Source: Candidatus Zhuqueibacterota bacterium
Lineage (GTDB): Bacteria > Zhuqueibacterota > Zhuqueibacteria > Thermofontimicrobiales > Thermofontimicrobiaceae
DNA: 64,000 bases
NCBI GenBank assembly: GCA_034505795.1
Contig: JAPDQM010000004.1
Span: 348-64,347, forward strand
Direction: 5' to 3'
Below, in pieces: positions 54,422 to 63,786 of the stretch. The translations under genes were made by a program, and so were the position numbers. Position 1 is the stretch's first letter. Each line of letters opens with the position of its first letter. The notes beneath the pieces were generated by a model. That model was not told where the DNA came from, searched no databases, and saw only the letters and a program-made list of their open reading frames with translations.

Positions 54422-54883
54422 CTATTCAACCGCAGTCGATTCAGTTTCGGTCGCCTTCTTTTCTTCCTTTTCCTTGGTCTCTATGGTCTTTTTTTCTTTT
54501 TTCTCTTTCTTCTCTTTCTTTACCCCTTCGAAGCCTACCAATTCTAAATAAGCTACTTCGGCGCCATCGCCAGATCGACGACCGAGTTTGATAATGCGCG
54601 TATAGCCACCATTGCGCGACGCAAACACCGGAGCAATTTCATCAAACAATTCTTTTATGACCTTTTTATTGCGGACGGTCCTGAGCACCTGACGTCGGGC
54701 GCTTAGTGTGCCCTCTTTGGCAAAACTGATCAGTCGCTCGGCAAGTGGCCGTAGGGCTTTTGCTTTGACCTGGGTAGTTTTGATGCGTTTATGTAAAAAT
54801 AGCTCGGTTGTCAGATTGGACAACAATGCTTTTCGATGACTGGCGGTGCGACCCAATTTATTGAATGATTTGCGATGTCTCAT
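54422..54883 (-). CDS. rplQ: 50S ribosomal protein L17 with Lys/Glu-rich C-terminal extension
   Basis: MRHRKSFNKLGRTASHRKALLSNL.. is the universal L17 N-terminus. The tail reads ..GVKKEKKEKKEKKTIETKEKEEKKATETEST. Last gene after rpoA. Confidence 0.95.
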   Translation of the reverse strand: MRHRKSFNKLGRTASHRKALLSNLTTELFLHKRIKTTQVKAKALRPLAERLISFAKEGTLSARRQVLRTVRNKKVIKELFDEIAPVFASRNGGYTRIIKLGRRSGDGAEVAYLELVGFEGVKKEKKEKKEKKTIETKEKEEKKATETESTAVE

Positions 54884-54903
54884 AACTGCATTCCTTCACT
54901 CGA

Positions 54904-55890
54904 TCAATAATTCTCTGATTTCAGGTATTTGTCTACATCCATTCCAAAATAGAGCCCCTTTTCTTCTAGAATCTTGGTCAATTCGGACAGCGACTTGCGA
55001 CCGAAATTTCTAAACTTTAGCATCTCCTGTTCATCGCGCCGCACCAGATCGCCGATGGTTTTGATATTGGCCGCCATCAGGCAGTTGTGTGAACGCACCG
55101 ATAGTTCCAACTCATCAACGCTCATCTTGAGCAGCTTCCGAATACGAATCACTTCTTCATCGATTTCAGGGCTTTCTTCCTGTTCCGGCTCAATATCAAA
55201 ATTAATAAACAGCAAAATGTGATCTTTGAGGATCTTCCCTGCATAGGTTAAGGCATCGTCTGGCGTAATACTGCCATCCGTTTCGATTTCCAGAATCAGC
55301 CGCTCATAATCGACCTTTTGGCCGACGCGGGTGTTTTCTACCTTAAAACCCACACGAGTCACCGGTGAATAAATGGCATCAATTGGGATCGTACCAATGG
55401 GTTGATCGGGCAGTTTATTCTCTTCTGCGGTAACGTATCCCTTGCCCCGACCGATTTTAAATTCGGCGCGGAAGTTCGCATCCTCATTAAGAGTTGCAAT
55501 ATGCAAGTCAGGATTCAGAATCTCAAAGTCAGTGGTGCCATTCTGCAGATCGATGGCTTTGATTTCCCGGGGGCCAGTTAGCTCCAGCACCACCTTATCC
55601 GGCCGCTTATTGATGAGCTTAAAGCGCACCTGTTTCAAATTCAAAATGATCTCAGCGACATCCTCCACCACACCGGGAATGGTTGAAAATTCATGCAACA
55701 CGCCCTCAAACCGCACGGAGGTAATCGCCGCACCAGGCAACGATGACAAAAGCACCCGGCGCAGGGCATTGCCGATCGTTACCCCAAAACCGCGCTCCAG
55801 CGGCTGAACAATAAACTTGCCATACGTGTTGGTATATGTTGCTTCATCTAATTCGATGCCTTCAGGCATCCGAAAATTTGGCCAATTCAT
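54904..55890 (-). CDS. rpoA: DNA-directed RNA polymerase alpha subunit
   Basis: ..FIVQPLERGFGVTIGNALRRVLLSSLPGAAITSV.. and C-terminal domain ..LELSVRSHNCLMAANIKTIGDL..NFGRKSLSE. Confidence 0.97.
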   Translation of the reverse strand: MNWPNFRMPEGIELDEATYTNTYGKFIVQPLERGFGVTIGNALRRVLLSSLPGAAITSVRFEGVLHEFSTIPGVVEDVAEIILNLKQVRFKLINKRPDKVVLELTGPREIKAIDLQNGTTDFEILNPDLHIATLNEDANFRAEFKIGRGKGYVTAEENKLPDQPIGTIPIDAIYSPVTRVGFKVENTRVGQKVDYERLILEIETDGSITPDDALTYAGKILKDHILLFINFDIEPEQEESPEIDEEVIRIRKLLKMSVDELELSVRSHNCLMAANIKTIGDLVRRDEQEMLKFRNFGRKSLSELTKILEEKGLYFGMDVDKYLKSENY

Positions 55891-55973
55891 TAATGTTACT
55901 CCTCATTGATTGAGGTTATCTATTTTTAGGCCCCACGCGCCCGTACGGGCTGGTGGGTCATCATCACGCTAAA

Positions 55974-56603
55974 TTACTTTGAATAAAGCTCGACAATCAA
56001 GGATTCATTGATTGGATCTGGAATATCGACTCGATTGGGCACGCTCAAAAAGGTCCCGGTCAAATTGGCCTTATCCAGACTCAGCCAGGAATATTGACGA
56101 TCATCCTTGATTTTTCGGAGTGACGAATGGATCACCGCCAGCTTTTTGCTTTTGTCCTGCACTTTAACTACATCGCCAGCTCGCAGCGAATACGAAGGGA
56201 TATCGACAATTTTATCATTTACCATAAAGTGCCGATGTCGGACCAACTGCCGTGCAGTCTTCCGCGAAGGCGCAAAGCCCAGGCGGTAGATCACATTGTC
56301 CAGGCGCCTTTCCAGCAGTTGCAGCAATACCTCGCCGGTGACGCCTTTCATTCGCTCGGCCTTCTCAAAATAATTGCTAAATTGCTGTTCCAGAATGCCG
56401 TAGATGCGACGCACTTTCTGCTTCTCACGTAACTGCACGCCATATTCCGATTGCTTAAAACGACGTGTTCGACCGTGCTGCCCTGGAGCATAGCCCTTGC
56501 GTTCAAAGGGGCATTTATTCGTGTTGCACTTGATCCCCTTCAAAAATAGTTTCTGACCTTCCCGCCGACACTGTTTGCAAGCTGGTCCACTATATCTTGC
56601 CAT
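55974..56603 (-). CDS. rpsD: 30S ribosomal protein S4
   Basis: MARYSGPACKQCRREGQKLFLKG..C.. and the S4 RNA-binding domain RLDNVIYRLGFAPSRKTARQLVRHRHFMVN. Confidence 0.97.
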   Translation of the reverse strand: MARYSGPACKQCRREGQKLFLKGIKCNTNKCPFERKGYAPGQHGRTRRFKQSEYGVQLREKQKVRRIYGILEQQFSNYFEKAERMKGVTGEVLLQLLERRLDNVIYRLGFAPSRKTARQLVRHRHFMVNDKIVDIPSYSLRAGDVVKVQDKSKKLAVIHSSLRKIKDDRQYSWLSLDKANLTGTFLSVPNRVDIPDPINESLIVELYSK

Positions 56604-56649
56604 CTATATTAAACCTCCACTGGTTGTTAATGAAAAATGAATTGATCAT

Positions 56650-57039
56650 TTAAACACGCCGTCGCTTGGGCGGACGACAGCCATTATGTGGGATCGGTGT
56701 CACATCTTTGATCGCTGTGATGGCCAATCCTGCGGCCTGAATCGATCGCACTGCAGGTTCTCGACCCGAACCAGGACCTTTTACCAGCACTTCTACCCGG
56801 CGCAAACCCAATTCCATCGCCTCTTTCACTGCAGCTTCAGCAGCCAATTGCGCTGCAAAGGGGGTGCTTTTTCGCGAACCCTTGAATCCTACGCGGCCCG
56901 CCGATGCCCAAGAGATCACATTGCCGTAATTGTCGGTCAATGTTATGATGGTGTTATTAAAGGTCGCTTTAATATGAGCGACGCCTGTCGCTTCAACTTT
57001 TTCTCGTTTTTTCGTCCGTTTCGCTTTTGGAGCTGCCAA
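56650..57039 (-). CDS. rpsK: 30S ribosomal protein S11 (TTG start)
   Basis: ..[42 protein letters not shown]... The start codon is TTG (plus strand CAA at 57037-57039), with GGAGG 6 nt upstream. Confidence 0.95.
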   Translation of the reverse strand: MAAPKAKRTKKREKVEATGVAHIKATFNNTIITLTDNYGNVISWASAGRVGFKGSRKSTPFAAQLAAEAAVKEAMELGLRRVEVLVKGPGSGREPAVRSIQAAGLAITAIKDVTPIPHNGCRPPKRRRV

Positions 57040-57117
57040 GTTAAACCTCCACCATATTTTTTAATATGAAACCCATAATTCTCTAAAAACTTTTTAAGCT
57101 GCTAATGGCGCTGATCC

Positions 57118-57146
57118 ATTTATCAGACTGAACGCATCATTTTCAA
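57118..57146 (-). promoter_or_regulatory. Possible internal sigma-70-like promoter in the rpsM-rpsK spacer
   Basis: The minus strand reads TTGAAA (57146-57141), a 17-nt spacer, then ATAAAT (57123-57118). Sequence match only. Confidence 0.25.
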
Positions 57147-57310
57147 TTGCAGCGCTGCCTGTGCTCCGTTATTTTATCTTTGGTTATTTGACGAGCGAAG
57201 TTTTGTTCATTCCTGGTCATATCATCGCTCGTTGCAGCGCTTGGCAACCGCATTGGTCAATTACAATCGGCCTTGCCAATTCACCAGCCACAATTCCAAC
57301 CATGCGCCAA

Positions 57311-57691
57311 TTATTTAGTAGCCTTTGCTTTCTTGCCGACGCCAACGGTTCTGCGTCGCCCCGATCGGGTGCGAGCATTGGTATGAGTCCGTTGCCCCCG
57401 CACTGGCAGGCCGCGGCGATGCCTGATGCCACGATAACATCCAATGTCCATCAGTCGCTTGATGTTCATGGAGATTTCTGTCCGCAATCCACCTTCAACC
57501 TTGTAGTCGCCCAGAACGGTTCGAATCCGTCCAATCTCATCGTTCGTCAAATCTTTCACGCGGCGATCAGGATTCACCTGCGCCTTGCTCAATACTTCCT
57601 TGGATAAGGTCGGGCCAATACCAAAGATATATGTCAATGCGACTTCTACCCGCTTTTCTTTGGGAAGATCTACTCCTGCAATACGAGCCAA
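57311..57691 (-). CDS. rpsM: 30S ribosomal protein S13
   Basis: [26 protein letters not shown].. is the universal S13 N-terminus. Confidence 0.97.
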   Translation of the reverse strand: MARIAGVDLPKEKRVEVALTYIFGIGPTLSKEVLSKAQVNPDRRVKDLTNDEIGRIRTVLGDYKVEGGLRTEISMNIKRLMDIGCYRGIRHRRGLPVRGQRTHTNARTRSGRRRTVGVGKKAKATK

Positions 57692-57721
57692 AATTTCCTC
57701 CTGCTGCTAACTTTTACCCAA

Positions 57722-57835
57722 TTAACCCTGACGTTGTTTATGCCGAGGATTTTTGCAAATCACCCGGACTCTACCTTTGCGCTTGATGATTTTACAGCTC
57801 TCGCACATTTTTTTTACTGATGATCGTACTTTCAT
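57722..57835 (-). CDS. rpmJ: 50S ribosomal protein L36
   Basis: Not in the track because it is under 60 aa. My translation is [37 protein letters not shown] (37 aa), located between infA and rpsM as expected. Confidence 0.93.
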   Translation of the reverse strand: MKVRSSVKKMCESCKIIKRKGRVRVICKNPRHKQRQG

Positions 57836-57900
57836 AGCTGCTCCATTTTCTGTTGCAGAATGGTCTGCGATATTCATAAAAATTCTTAATTCGATCTGTC

Positions 57901-58119
57901 TTATTTGTAACGATAGGTAATGCGGCCTCGCGATAGGTCGTACGGCGAAAGCTCTACCGTTACTTTATCGCCTGGTAGAATTTTTATAAAATGCATACGC
58001 ATTTTTCCTGATATATGGGCCAACACAACATGGCCACTTTCTAATTCCACCTTAAAGGATGCATTGGGAAGAGTCTCAATAATGGTTCCGTCGACTTTTA
58101 TTGGTTCTTCTTTCGGCAT
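57901..58119 (-). CDS. infA: Translation initiation factor IF-1
   Basis: [72 protein letters not shown]. Confidence 0.97.
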   Translation of the reverse strand: MPKEEPIKVDGTIIETLPNASFKVELESGHVVLAHISGKMRMHFIKILPGDKVTVELSPYDLSRGRITYRYK

Positions 58120-58136
58120 AAATTAACTCTCCCGGT

Positions 58137-58889
58137 TCATAATCCCAATGTTAAAATCTCTGCGCCGTTCTCGGTAATGGCAATGGTGTGCTCAAAATGA
58201 GCCGATGGCAAACCGTCAGCAGTACGTACGGTCCATTTGTCGCTTTCATCAAAAAAGACCTCATATCCCCCCATGTTGACCATCGGTTCAATCGCCAGCA
58301 CCATACCAACTTTCAAACGAGGACCCTGATTCGGCGGTCCATAATTTGGGATTTGGGGATCTTCGTGGAGCTTCCTGCCAACCCCATGCCCTACCAGATC
58401 ACGCACCACTGAAAAGCCCGCCTGTTCCACATGGGTTTGAATCGTATGTGAAATATCCGACAACCGATTTCCTACTCGCGCCACGGCAATGCCTTTATAA
58501 AGCGCTTCTTGGGTAATTTTTAACAACCGCCTGGTCTGCTCGGGGATGCTCCCAATAACATACGTTTTAGCGCCATCACCGAAATAGCTTTCATACTCCA
58601 CACCAATGTCCAGGCTCACGATCTGCCCTGGCTTGAGTCGCCGCTTATCCGGGATGCCGTGAACGACTTCGTCATCTATTGAAATGCATACACTGGCCGG
58701 GAAACCACGATAGCCCTTAAAGGCAGGCCGTGCCCCTCTGGCTCGAATAAACTTATCAACCTCGCGATCAATTTCCGCCGTTGCCACCCCCGGCTCCATC
58801 ATCTTTTCCGCCAGTCGAAATGTTTCAACCACAAGCTGGCAGCTCTTGCGTATCTGCTCGATTTCACGGGGGCTCTTGATAACTATCAT
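58137..58889 (-). CDS. map: Methionine aminopeptidase type I
   Basis: ..VCISIDDEVVHGIP..DIGVEY..YFGDGAKT..VGHGVGRKLHE..LAIEPM..HFEHTIAIT.. are the metal-ligand motifs of MetAP-I. Confidence 0.95.
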   Translation of the reverse strand: MIVIKSPREIEQIRKSCQLVVETFRLAEKMMEPGVATAEIDREVDKFIRARGARPAFKGYRGFPASVCISIDDEVVHGIPDKRRLKPGQIVSLDIGVEYESYFGDGAKTYVIGSIPEQTRRLLKITQEALYKGIAVARVGNRLSDISHTIQTHVEQAGFSVVRDLVGHGVGRKLHEDPQIPNYGPPNQGPRLKVGMVLAIEPMVNMGGYEVFFDESDKWTVRTADGLPSAHFEHTIAITENGAEILTLGL

Positions 58890-59542
58890 CTATTTTCTTC
58901 TATAATAGCCCTTAGCTTTGCCTGGATCTGTTCGACAGTTCCTTCAGCGTCAACGACAAGCAACTTTGCCTGCTGTTGGAAATAATTTTTTAGCGGCTTG
59001 GTTTTTTCTTCATAAACCTTGAGCCGATTTCGGACCGTATCCGGAGCGTCATCGGATCGCTGAATAACCGTGCCGCCGCATTTTGCACAACGATGATCTG
59101 CTGGTGGCGGATTTGTCAACAAATTATAATCCTGCCCGCACTGGCTGCAAACCCGCCGATTTGTTAGCCGCGCTACGATCTTTTCCGTCTCTAATTCTAA
59201 ATCCAATACCCAATCAATCGCTTTGGCCTGTTGCTGCAATTCTGCATCCAATGCCGCCGCTTGCTCGATGGTTCGTGGAAAACCATCCAAAATAAAGCCA
59301 CCTTCACAATCGGCTTGCTGCAGTCGCTCTTTGATCAATCGGATCATTAAATTGTCTGGGACCAATTCGCCGCGATCCATGTAGGATTGCGCTTGAATGC
59401 CTAGTTCGCTACGCTGCGCCACTGCCGACCGCAAAATATCTCCGGTTGAAATATTGGGGATACCGTATCGCGCACTGAGCAATTTGCCCTGCGTTCCTTT
59501 ACCGGTTCCCGGTGCGCCCAACATGATCAATCGCATAGCCAA
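58886..59542 (-). CDS. adk: Adenylate kinase (Zn-lid type)
   Basis: P-loop LGAPGTGKGTQ. Lid with CSQCG..CAKCGG. Overlaps the map start by 4 nt. Confidence 0.95.
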   Translation of the reverse strand: MAMRLIMLGAPGTGKGTQGKLLSARYGIPNISTGDILRSAVAQRSELGIQAQSYMDRGELVPDNLMIRLIKERLQQADCEGGFILDGFPRTIEQAAALDAELQQQAKAIDWVLDLELETEKIVARLTNRRVCSQCGQDYNLLTNPPPADHRCAKCGGTVIQRSDDAPDTVRNRLKVYEEKTKPLKNYFQQQAKLLVVDAEGTVEQIQAKLRAIIEENR

Positions 59543-59572
59543 TCCCTTGTCGCCGACATCAAATTAGCAGTC

Positions 59573-60904
59573 CTAATAACGACGACGGCCACGGATTTTG
59601 CCGCCTTTGATAAAACCATCATAATGGCGCATGAGCAATTGCGATTCCATTTGCTGCAGCGTATCCAGCGCAACACCCACGATGATCAGCAGTGAGGTCC
59701 CGCCAAAGAACGATGCAAAGGTAAACGACACATTACTGAATTTGGTAATAAAATATGGGAAAATAGCCACAATGGCCAAAAAGATCGAGCCCGGTAATGT
59801 AATTCGGGTTAAAATATTGTCGATAAATTCGGCCGTCTTTTTTCCTGGTCGGACGCCTGGAATAAAGCCACCGTATTTTTTCATATTGTCAGCCACATCG
59901 ATGGGGTTGAAAGCAATCGCCGTGTAAAAATAAGTAAAAAAGACGATCATCGCGCCATAGATGATCCAATAAACGACCGATGTATGCTCAAAATAGCTGA
60001 CCATGGTGTTCACAAAATCGCTGCCCGGGAAAAATGTCTTGATCGTACTGGGAATAAACAGGATCGATTGGGCAAAAATAATTGGCATCACGCCCGCCGT
60101 ATTCACCCGCAGCGGTATATGCGTGCTTTGTCCGCCGTATACTTTGCGTCCGATCACTCGCTTCGCATATTGCACCGGGATTTTCCGCATCGCCTGGGTC
60201 AATGCCACCACCCCAGCTACGGTCGCAATCATGATGGCAAACAACAGCACTTCTGCCAGCAAGCCTCGATTGCCGCCGATCACCTGGTCAATCTCGGTGG
60301 CGATGGCATTGGGAAACCGTGCAACAATTCCCGTAAAAATGATCAGCGAAATACCGTTGCCAATTCCCCGCTCCGTGATTTGCTCGCCCAGCCACATGAT
60401 CAGCACACAACCGCTGGCCATAGTCAGCGTGGTCATGATCCGGAACAGAAAACCCGGATTTGGCACAATCGCCTGACTGCCGAGTGGGGTGATGCTTTCG
60501 AGAAAAACCGCTAAACCGTAGGCTTGCAACGAGCTAATCAAAACCGTGCCATAACGCGTGTATTGAGTAATTTTCTTCCGACCTTCCTCGCCCTCTTTTT
60601 GCAGCTTCTGAAAATAGGGAACGACTGCACCCAACAACTGCAAAATAATTGAGGCAGAGATATAGGGCATGATACCCAACGCGAAGACCGTCGCCTGCAA
60701 CAGTGCTCCACCTGCAAACATGTCATAGAGACTAAAAATGCCGCCGCCCCCCATGCGTTGAAAATACTCAAACAGCGCTTTCCCATTAATTCCAGGCACA
60801 GGAATGTGGCCGCCAATCCGATCGACAATCAGTAACGCCAGCGTAAAGAAAATCCGCTTCTTGAGATCAGGAATACGAAAAACATTCTGAAACGATTTGA
60901 TCAT
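59573..60904 (-). CDS. secY: Preprotein translocase subunit SecY
   Basis: Ten-helix hydrophobic profile, ..FALGIMPYISASIILQLL.., and a position between rplO and adk. Confidence 0.97.
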   Translation of the reverse strand: MIKSFQNVFRIPDLKKRIFFTLALLIVDRIGGHIPVPGINGKALFEYFQRMGGGGIFSLYDMFAGGALLQATVFALGIMPYISASIILQLLGAVVPYFQKLQKEGEEGRKKITQYTRYGTVLISSLQAYGLAVFLESITPLGSQAIVPNPGFLFRIMTTLTMASGCVLIMWLGEQITERGIGNGISLIIFTGIVARFPNAIATEIDQVIGGNRGLLAEVLLFAIMIATVAGVVALTQAMRKIPVQYAKRVIGRKVYGGQSTHIPLRVNTAGVMPIIFAQSILFIPSTIKTFFPGSDFVNTMVSYFEHTSVVYWIIYGAMIVFFTYFYTAIAFNPIDVADNMKKYGGFIPGVRPGKKTAEFIDNILTRITLPGSIFLAIVAIFPYFITKFSNVSFTFASFFGGTSLLIIVGVALDTLQQMESQLLMRHYDGFIKGGKIRGRRRY

Positions 60905-61341
60905 AGAATCTCGACCCTCCCCTGTGCCGCCACAATCTTATCTCTGGCTGAGGCCGAGAAGGCATGGGCGTGGATCTCCAACTGTCGTTTGATGTCCCCA
61001 TTCCCAAGAATTTTCACCTTCTGATGTTTTTTGCGGATCAGTCCTCGCTCAAATAGCACCTGGGGATTAATCGTAGTAAGATCGTCCAGCCGGTCCAGAT
61101 CGCTCAGATTGACCACCTGATACTCCTCACGCGAGCGATTATGAAAACCGCGTTTCGGCAGCCGACGCTGCAGGGGCGTTTGGCCACCTTCAAAGCCTCG
61201 TTTATGCTTAAAGCCTGATCGTGACCCGGCGCCTTTCTCACCACGGCAACTGGTGCCACCGTGACCAGATCCCTGGCCGCGGCCCACTCGTTTGCGCTTC
61301 TTGCGTGAATACGGTGCGTATGTCAAAGTTCCCAAATTCAT
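60901..61341 (-). CDS. rplO: 50S ribosomal protein L15
   Basis: ..KRVGRGQGSGHGGTSCRGEKGAGSRSG..FEGGQTPLQRRLPKRGF.. Confidence 0.95.
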   Translation of the reverse strand: MNLGTLTYAPYSRKKRKRVGRGQGSGHGGTSCRGEKGAGSRSGFKHKRGFEGGQTPLQRRLPKRGFHNRSREEYQVVNLSDLDRLDDLTTINPQVLFERGLIRKKHQKVKILGNGDIKRQLEIHAHAFSASARDKIVAAQGRVEIL

Positions 61342-61357
61342 GACGTCCTCATTGCAG

Positions 61358-61555
61358 TTATTCAGTCTCTTCTACTTCAACTAAGTGACTCACCTTGTTT
61401 ATCATGCCCCGAATCTGCGGCGTGTCATTGTGCTCTACCGTCTGATGCAGCCGATGAATCCCCAAAGCCCGAATCGTCAGCTTCTGTTTTTTCAAGTGAC
61501 CGATTGGACTACGTTTCAGGGTGATTCGGACCTTTTTGTTCTTCTTTTCAGCCAT
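61358..61555 (-). CDS. rpmD: 50S ribosomal protein L30
   Basis: MAEKKNKKVRITLKRSPIGHLKKQKLTIRALGIHRLHQTVEH... The start could also be 61564. Confidence 0.92.
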   Translation of the reverse strand: MAEKKNKKVRITLKRSPIGHLKKQKLTIRALGIHRLHQTVEHNDTPQIRGMINKVSHLVEVEETE

Positions 61556-61594
61556 AGCAATCATCTACCCAAGCTTTGCAGTTCATCACCGCCA

Positions 61595-62131
61595 TCAGGA
61601 TAGCGGCGAAGTAAACACTTCTTTATAAGTCAAACCTTTTTTTCGGGCAATAACACTGACATCCAGCAAACTTTCCAATGCCCGCATCGTTGCCTTTACA
61701 ACATTCTGGGCATTGGACGAGCCCATGGATTTTGTCAACACATTTTGGACCCCAACGGCTTCCAGCACCGCTCGCACCGGGCCACCCGCAATTAATCCCG
61801 TACCTGGCGAGGCTGGCTTTAAGAACACCCTCGCCGCTCCAAATTTCGCGGTGATCTCGTGGGGAATCGTTCCATTGATAATGGGAATTCGCACCAGATT
61901 CTTTTTGGCCGCTTCCGTGCCCTTATTAATCGCATCGGTCACTTCATTGGCCTTGCCCAGGCCAATGCCCACATGACCATTCCGATCGCCGACCACCACG
62001 ATGGCATTAAAACCAAAGCGACGCCCACCTTTTACTACTTTCGCCACACGATTGATTTGCACCACTCGTTCTTTTAAATCCAACTCACTGGGACTTATGC
62101 GCTCAATTTTTTTCACGAATATTTTCTCCAC
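61595..62131 (-). CDS. rpsE: 30S ribosomal protein S5
   Basis: ..[40 protein letters not shown].. Confidence 0.96.
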   Translation of the reverse strand: MEKIFVKKIERISPSELDLKERVVQINRVAKVVKGGRRFGFNAIVVVGDRNGHVGIGLGKANEVTDAINKGTEAAKKNLVRIPIINGTIPHEITAKFGAARVFLKPASPGTGLIAGGPVRAVLEAVGVQNVLTKSMGSSNAQNVVKATMRALESLLDVSVIARKKGLTYKEVFTSPLS

Positions 62132-62143
62132 TTTGGTTGACTG

Positions 62144-62518
62144 TTAAAATTTTAATCCGCCTTCCCGAGCAGCATCAGCCACCGCCTTGACTCGACCGTG
62201 ATAGATATAACCATTGCGATCGAATACCACTTGCTCCACGTTTAATTCTTTCGCTTTTTTGGCGATGCCCAGACCAACAATTTTTGAAACTTCCATACGG
62301 TTTTTCGCCTTGCTGACCGCTTCTTTTAATTCGCCGGTAAGACTCGAGACACCGGTGATGGTTCGCTGCTGAGTATCATCGACCAGCTGGGCGTAAATAT
62401 GCTTGAGGCTTTTAAAAACCACCAGCCGCGGTTTTTCTGGCGTACCGAAAACCACCTTGCGGATATGTTTCTTTTTGCGTAACCGAGCCAGTTCGCTCTT
62501 GTTCTTCTTTGATTTCAT
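62144..62518 (-). CDS. rplR: 50S ribosomal protein L18
   Basis: ..RKKKHIRKVVFGTPEKPRLVVFKSLKHIYAQLVDD..FDRNGYIYHGRVKAVADAAREGGLKF. Confidence 0.96.
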   Translation of the reverse strand: MKSKKNKSELARLRKKKHIRKVVFGTPEKPRLVVFKSLKHIYAQLVDDTQQRTITGVSSLTGELKEAVSKAKNRMEVSKIVGLGIAKKAKELNVEQVVFDRNGYIYHGRVKAVADAAREGGLKF

Positions 62519-62565
62519 ATTGCGCTAGTCTTTCATGATTTTAACGAGATTATCCTTCAACAACA

Positions 62566-63108
62566 TTAAGCGGCTGTTTTGCCAGCCTTGCGACGAATGT
62601 ATTCGTCCTGGTATTTGATTCCCTTGCCTTTGTAAGGTTCGGGCGGACGGAACGATCGAATCTTGGCGGCCACCTGCCCTACCAACTGTTTATCAATGCC
62701 CTTGACCACAAGGCTGGTTGGACTCTCCACCACCACTTCAATTCCCGCCGGCAATTTAAACAGAATCGGATGGGTATAACCCAAATTTAGCAGCAAATGC
62801 TTGCCTTTTAATTCAGCACGATAGCCAACGCCAACAATTTCCAGCCGCTTCGTAAATCCCTGAGTCACCCCCAACACCATGTTATTGATCAGCGCTCGAT
62901 AAAGACCATGCAGCGCCCGATGCGGTTTATTGTTCGTCGCTCGCTTCACATGGATCAGCCGCTGATCCGCCTCATAACTGATCTCGATGGCCGGATGTAA
63001 CGCTTGCTGCAAAGACACATTGCCCTTCGCTACTTTTATGTTATGTTCATCAAGCTGAATATCTACGCCGGAGGGCACTGCAATCGGTTTTTTACCTACT
63101 CGCGACAA
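62566..63108 (-). CDS. rplF: 50S ribosomal protein L6
   Basis: MSRVGKKPIAVPSGVDIQLDEHNIKVAKGN..PEPYKGKGIKYQDEYIRRKAGK. Confidence 0.96.
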   Translation of the reverse strand: MSRVGKKPIAVPSGVDIQLDEHNIKVAKGNVSLQQALHPAIEISYEADQRLIHVKRATNNKPHRALHGLYRALINNMVLGVTQGFTKRLEIVGVGYRAELKGKHLLLNLGYTHPILFKLPAGIEVVVESPTSLVVKGIDKQLVGQVAAKIRSFRPPEPYKGKGIKYQDEYIRRKAGKTAA

Positions 63109-63129
63109 TGTAATACTCCCTTTCCTGAT

Positions 63130-63528
63130 TTACCAGATATAGCACAACACTTCGCCACCGACACCATACTGCCGGGCCTGGCGATCCGTGATCACGCCTT
63201 TTGATGTTGATAAAATAGCGATGCCCAAATTATTCAGCACCCGAGGAATCTCAGTCGCCCGGACGTATTTCTTCAGCCCAGGTCGGGTCACCTTCTGTAA
63301 GGCGTTGATCACACTCTTTTCCTGCTCATCATATTTTAAATAGATGCGGAGCATGCCCTGCTTATCATCATCGATCTTGATGTAGCTCTGGATGTAGCGA
63401 TACTCCAGCAAAATTTTAGTGATATCCTCTTTCATCCTCGAATATGGAATATCAACTTTGGTATGTTTTGCCTTGATGGCATTTCGCATCCTCGTTAAAT
63501 AATCCGCAATTGGATCAGTCATTGACAT
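63130..63528 (-). CDS. rpsH: 30S ribosomal protein S8
   Basis: MSMTDPIADYLTRMRNAIKAKH..LSTSKGVITDRQARQYGVGGEVLCYIW. Confidence 0.96.
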   Translation of the reverse strand: MSMTDPIADYLTRMRNAIKAKHTKVDIPYSRMKEDITKILLEYRYIQSYIKIDDDKQGMLRIYLKYDEQEKSVINALQKVTRPGLKKYVRATEIPRVLNNLGIAILSTSKGVITDRQARQYGVGGEVLCYIW

Positions 63529-63560
63529 TCGCTATTTCTCCATATAAAAGTACTCTAACT

Positions 63561-63746
63561 CTACCAGCTTGCTTTTGTAACCCCGGGGATCTGTCCCTGC
63601 AATGCCAATTCTCTTAAACAGAGACGGCAGAGTCCAAATTTGCGATAATATGCCCGGGGACGCCCACAGCGGGAACAGCGATTATATTTGCGTACCTTGA
63701 ATTTCGGTTCTCGTTTGGACTTCTCAATGAGAGCTCGTCTTGCCAA
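63561..63746 (-). CDS. rpsN: 30S ribosomal protein S14, type Z (zinc-binding, 61 aa)
   Basis: [20 protein letters not shown] is the Zn-ribbon. Track ORF trimmed to the TTG at 63744-63746, which lies 9 nt downstream of AAGGAG and gives the canonical 61-aa length. The longer track ORF also starts with TTG. Confidence 0.9.
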   Translation of the reverse strand: MARRALIEKSKREPKFKVRKYNRCSRCGRPRAYYRKFGLCRLCLRELALQGQIPGVTKASW

Positions 63747-63786
63747 ATTGATCTTCTCCTTCAATACTTTCGGTTAAACAATTCGT

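Noticed and set aside
57217-57444. Track ORF 57217..57444 (-) that partly fills the rpsM-rpsK spacer.
   Set aside because: Most of it overlaps rpsM in another frame. It has no SD and a Gly/Ala/Cys-rich composition. It is spurious, so the spacer is treated as non-coding.
57521-57540. The tRNA T-loop-like string GGTTCGAATCC.
   Set aside because: It lies inside the rpsM coding sequence with no acceptor or anticodon arms around it. It is a coincidence. I found no tRNA genes in the window.
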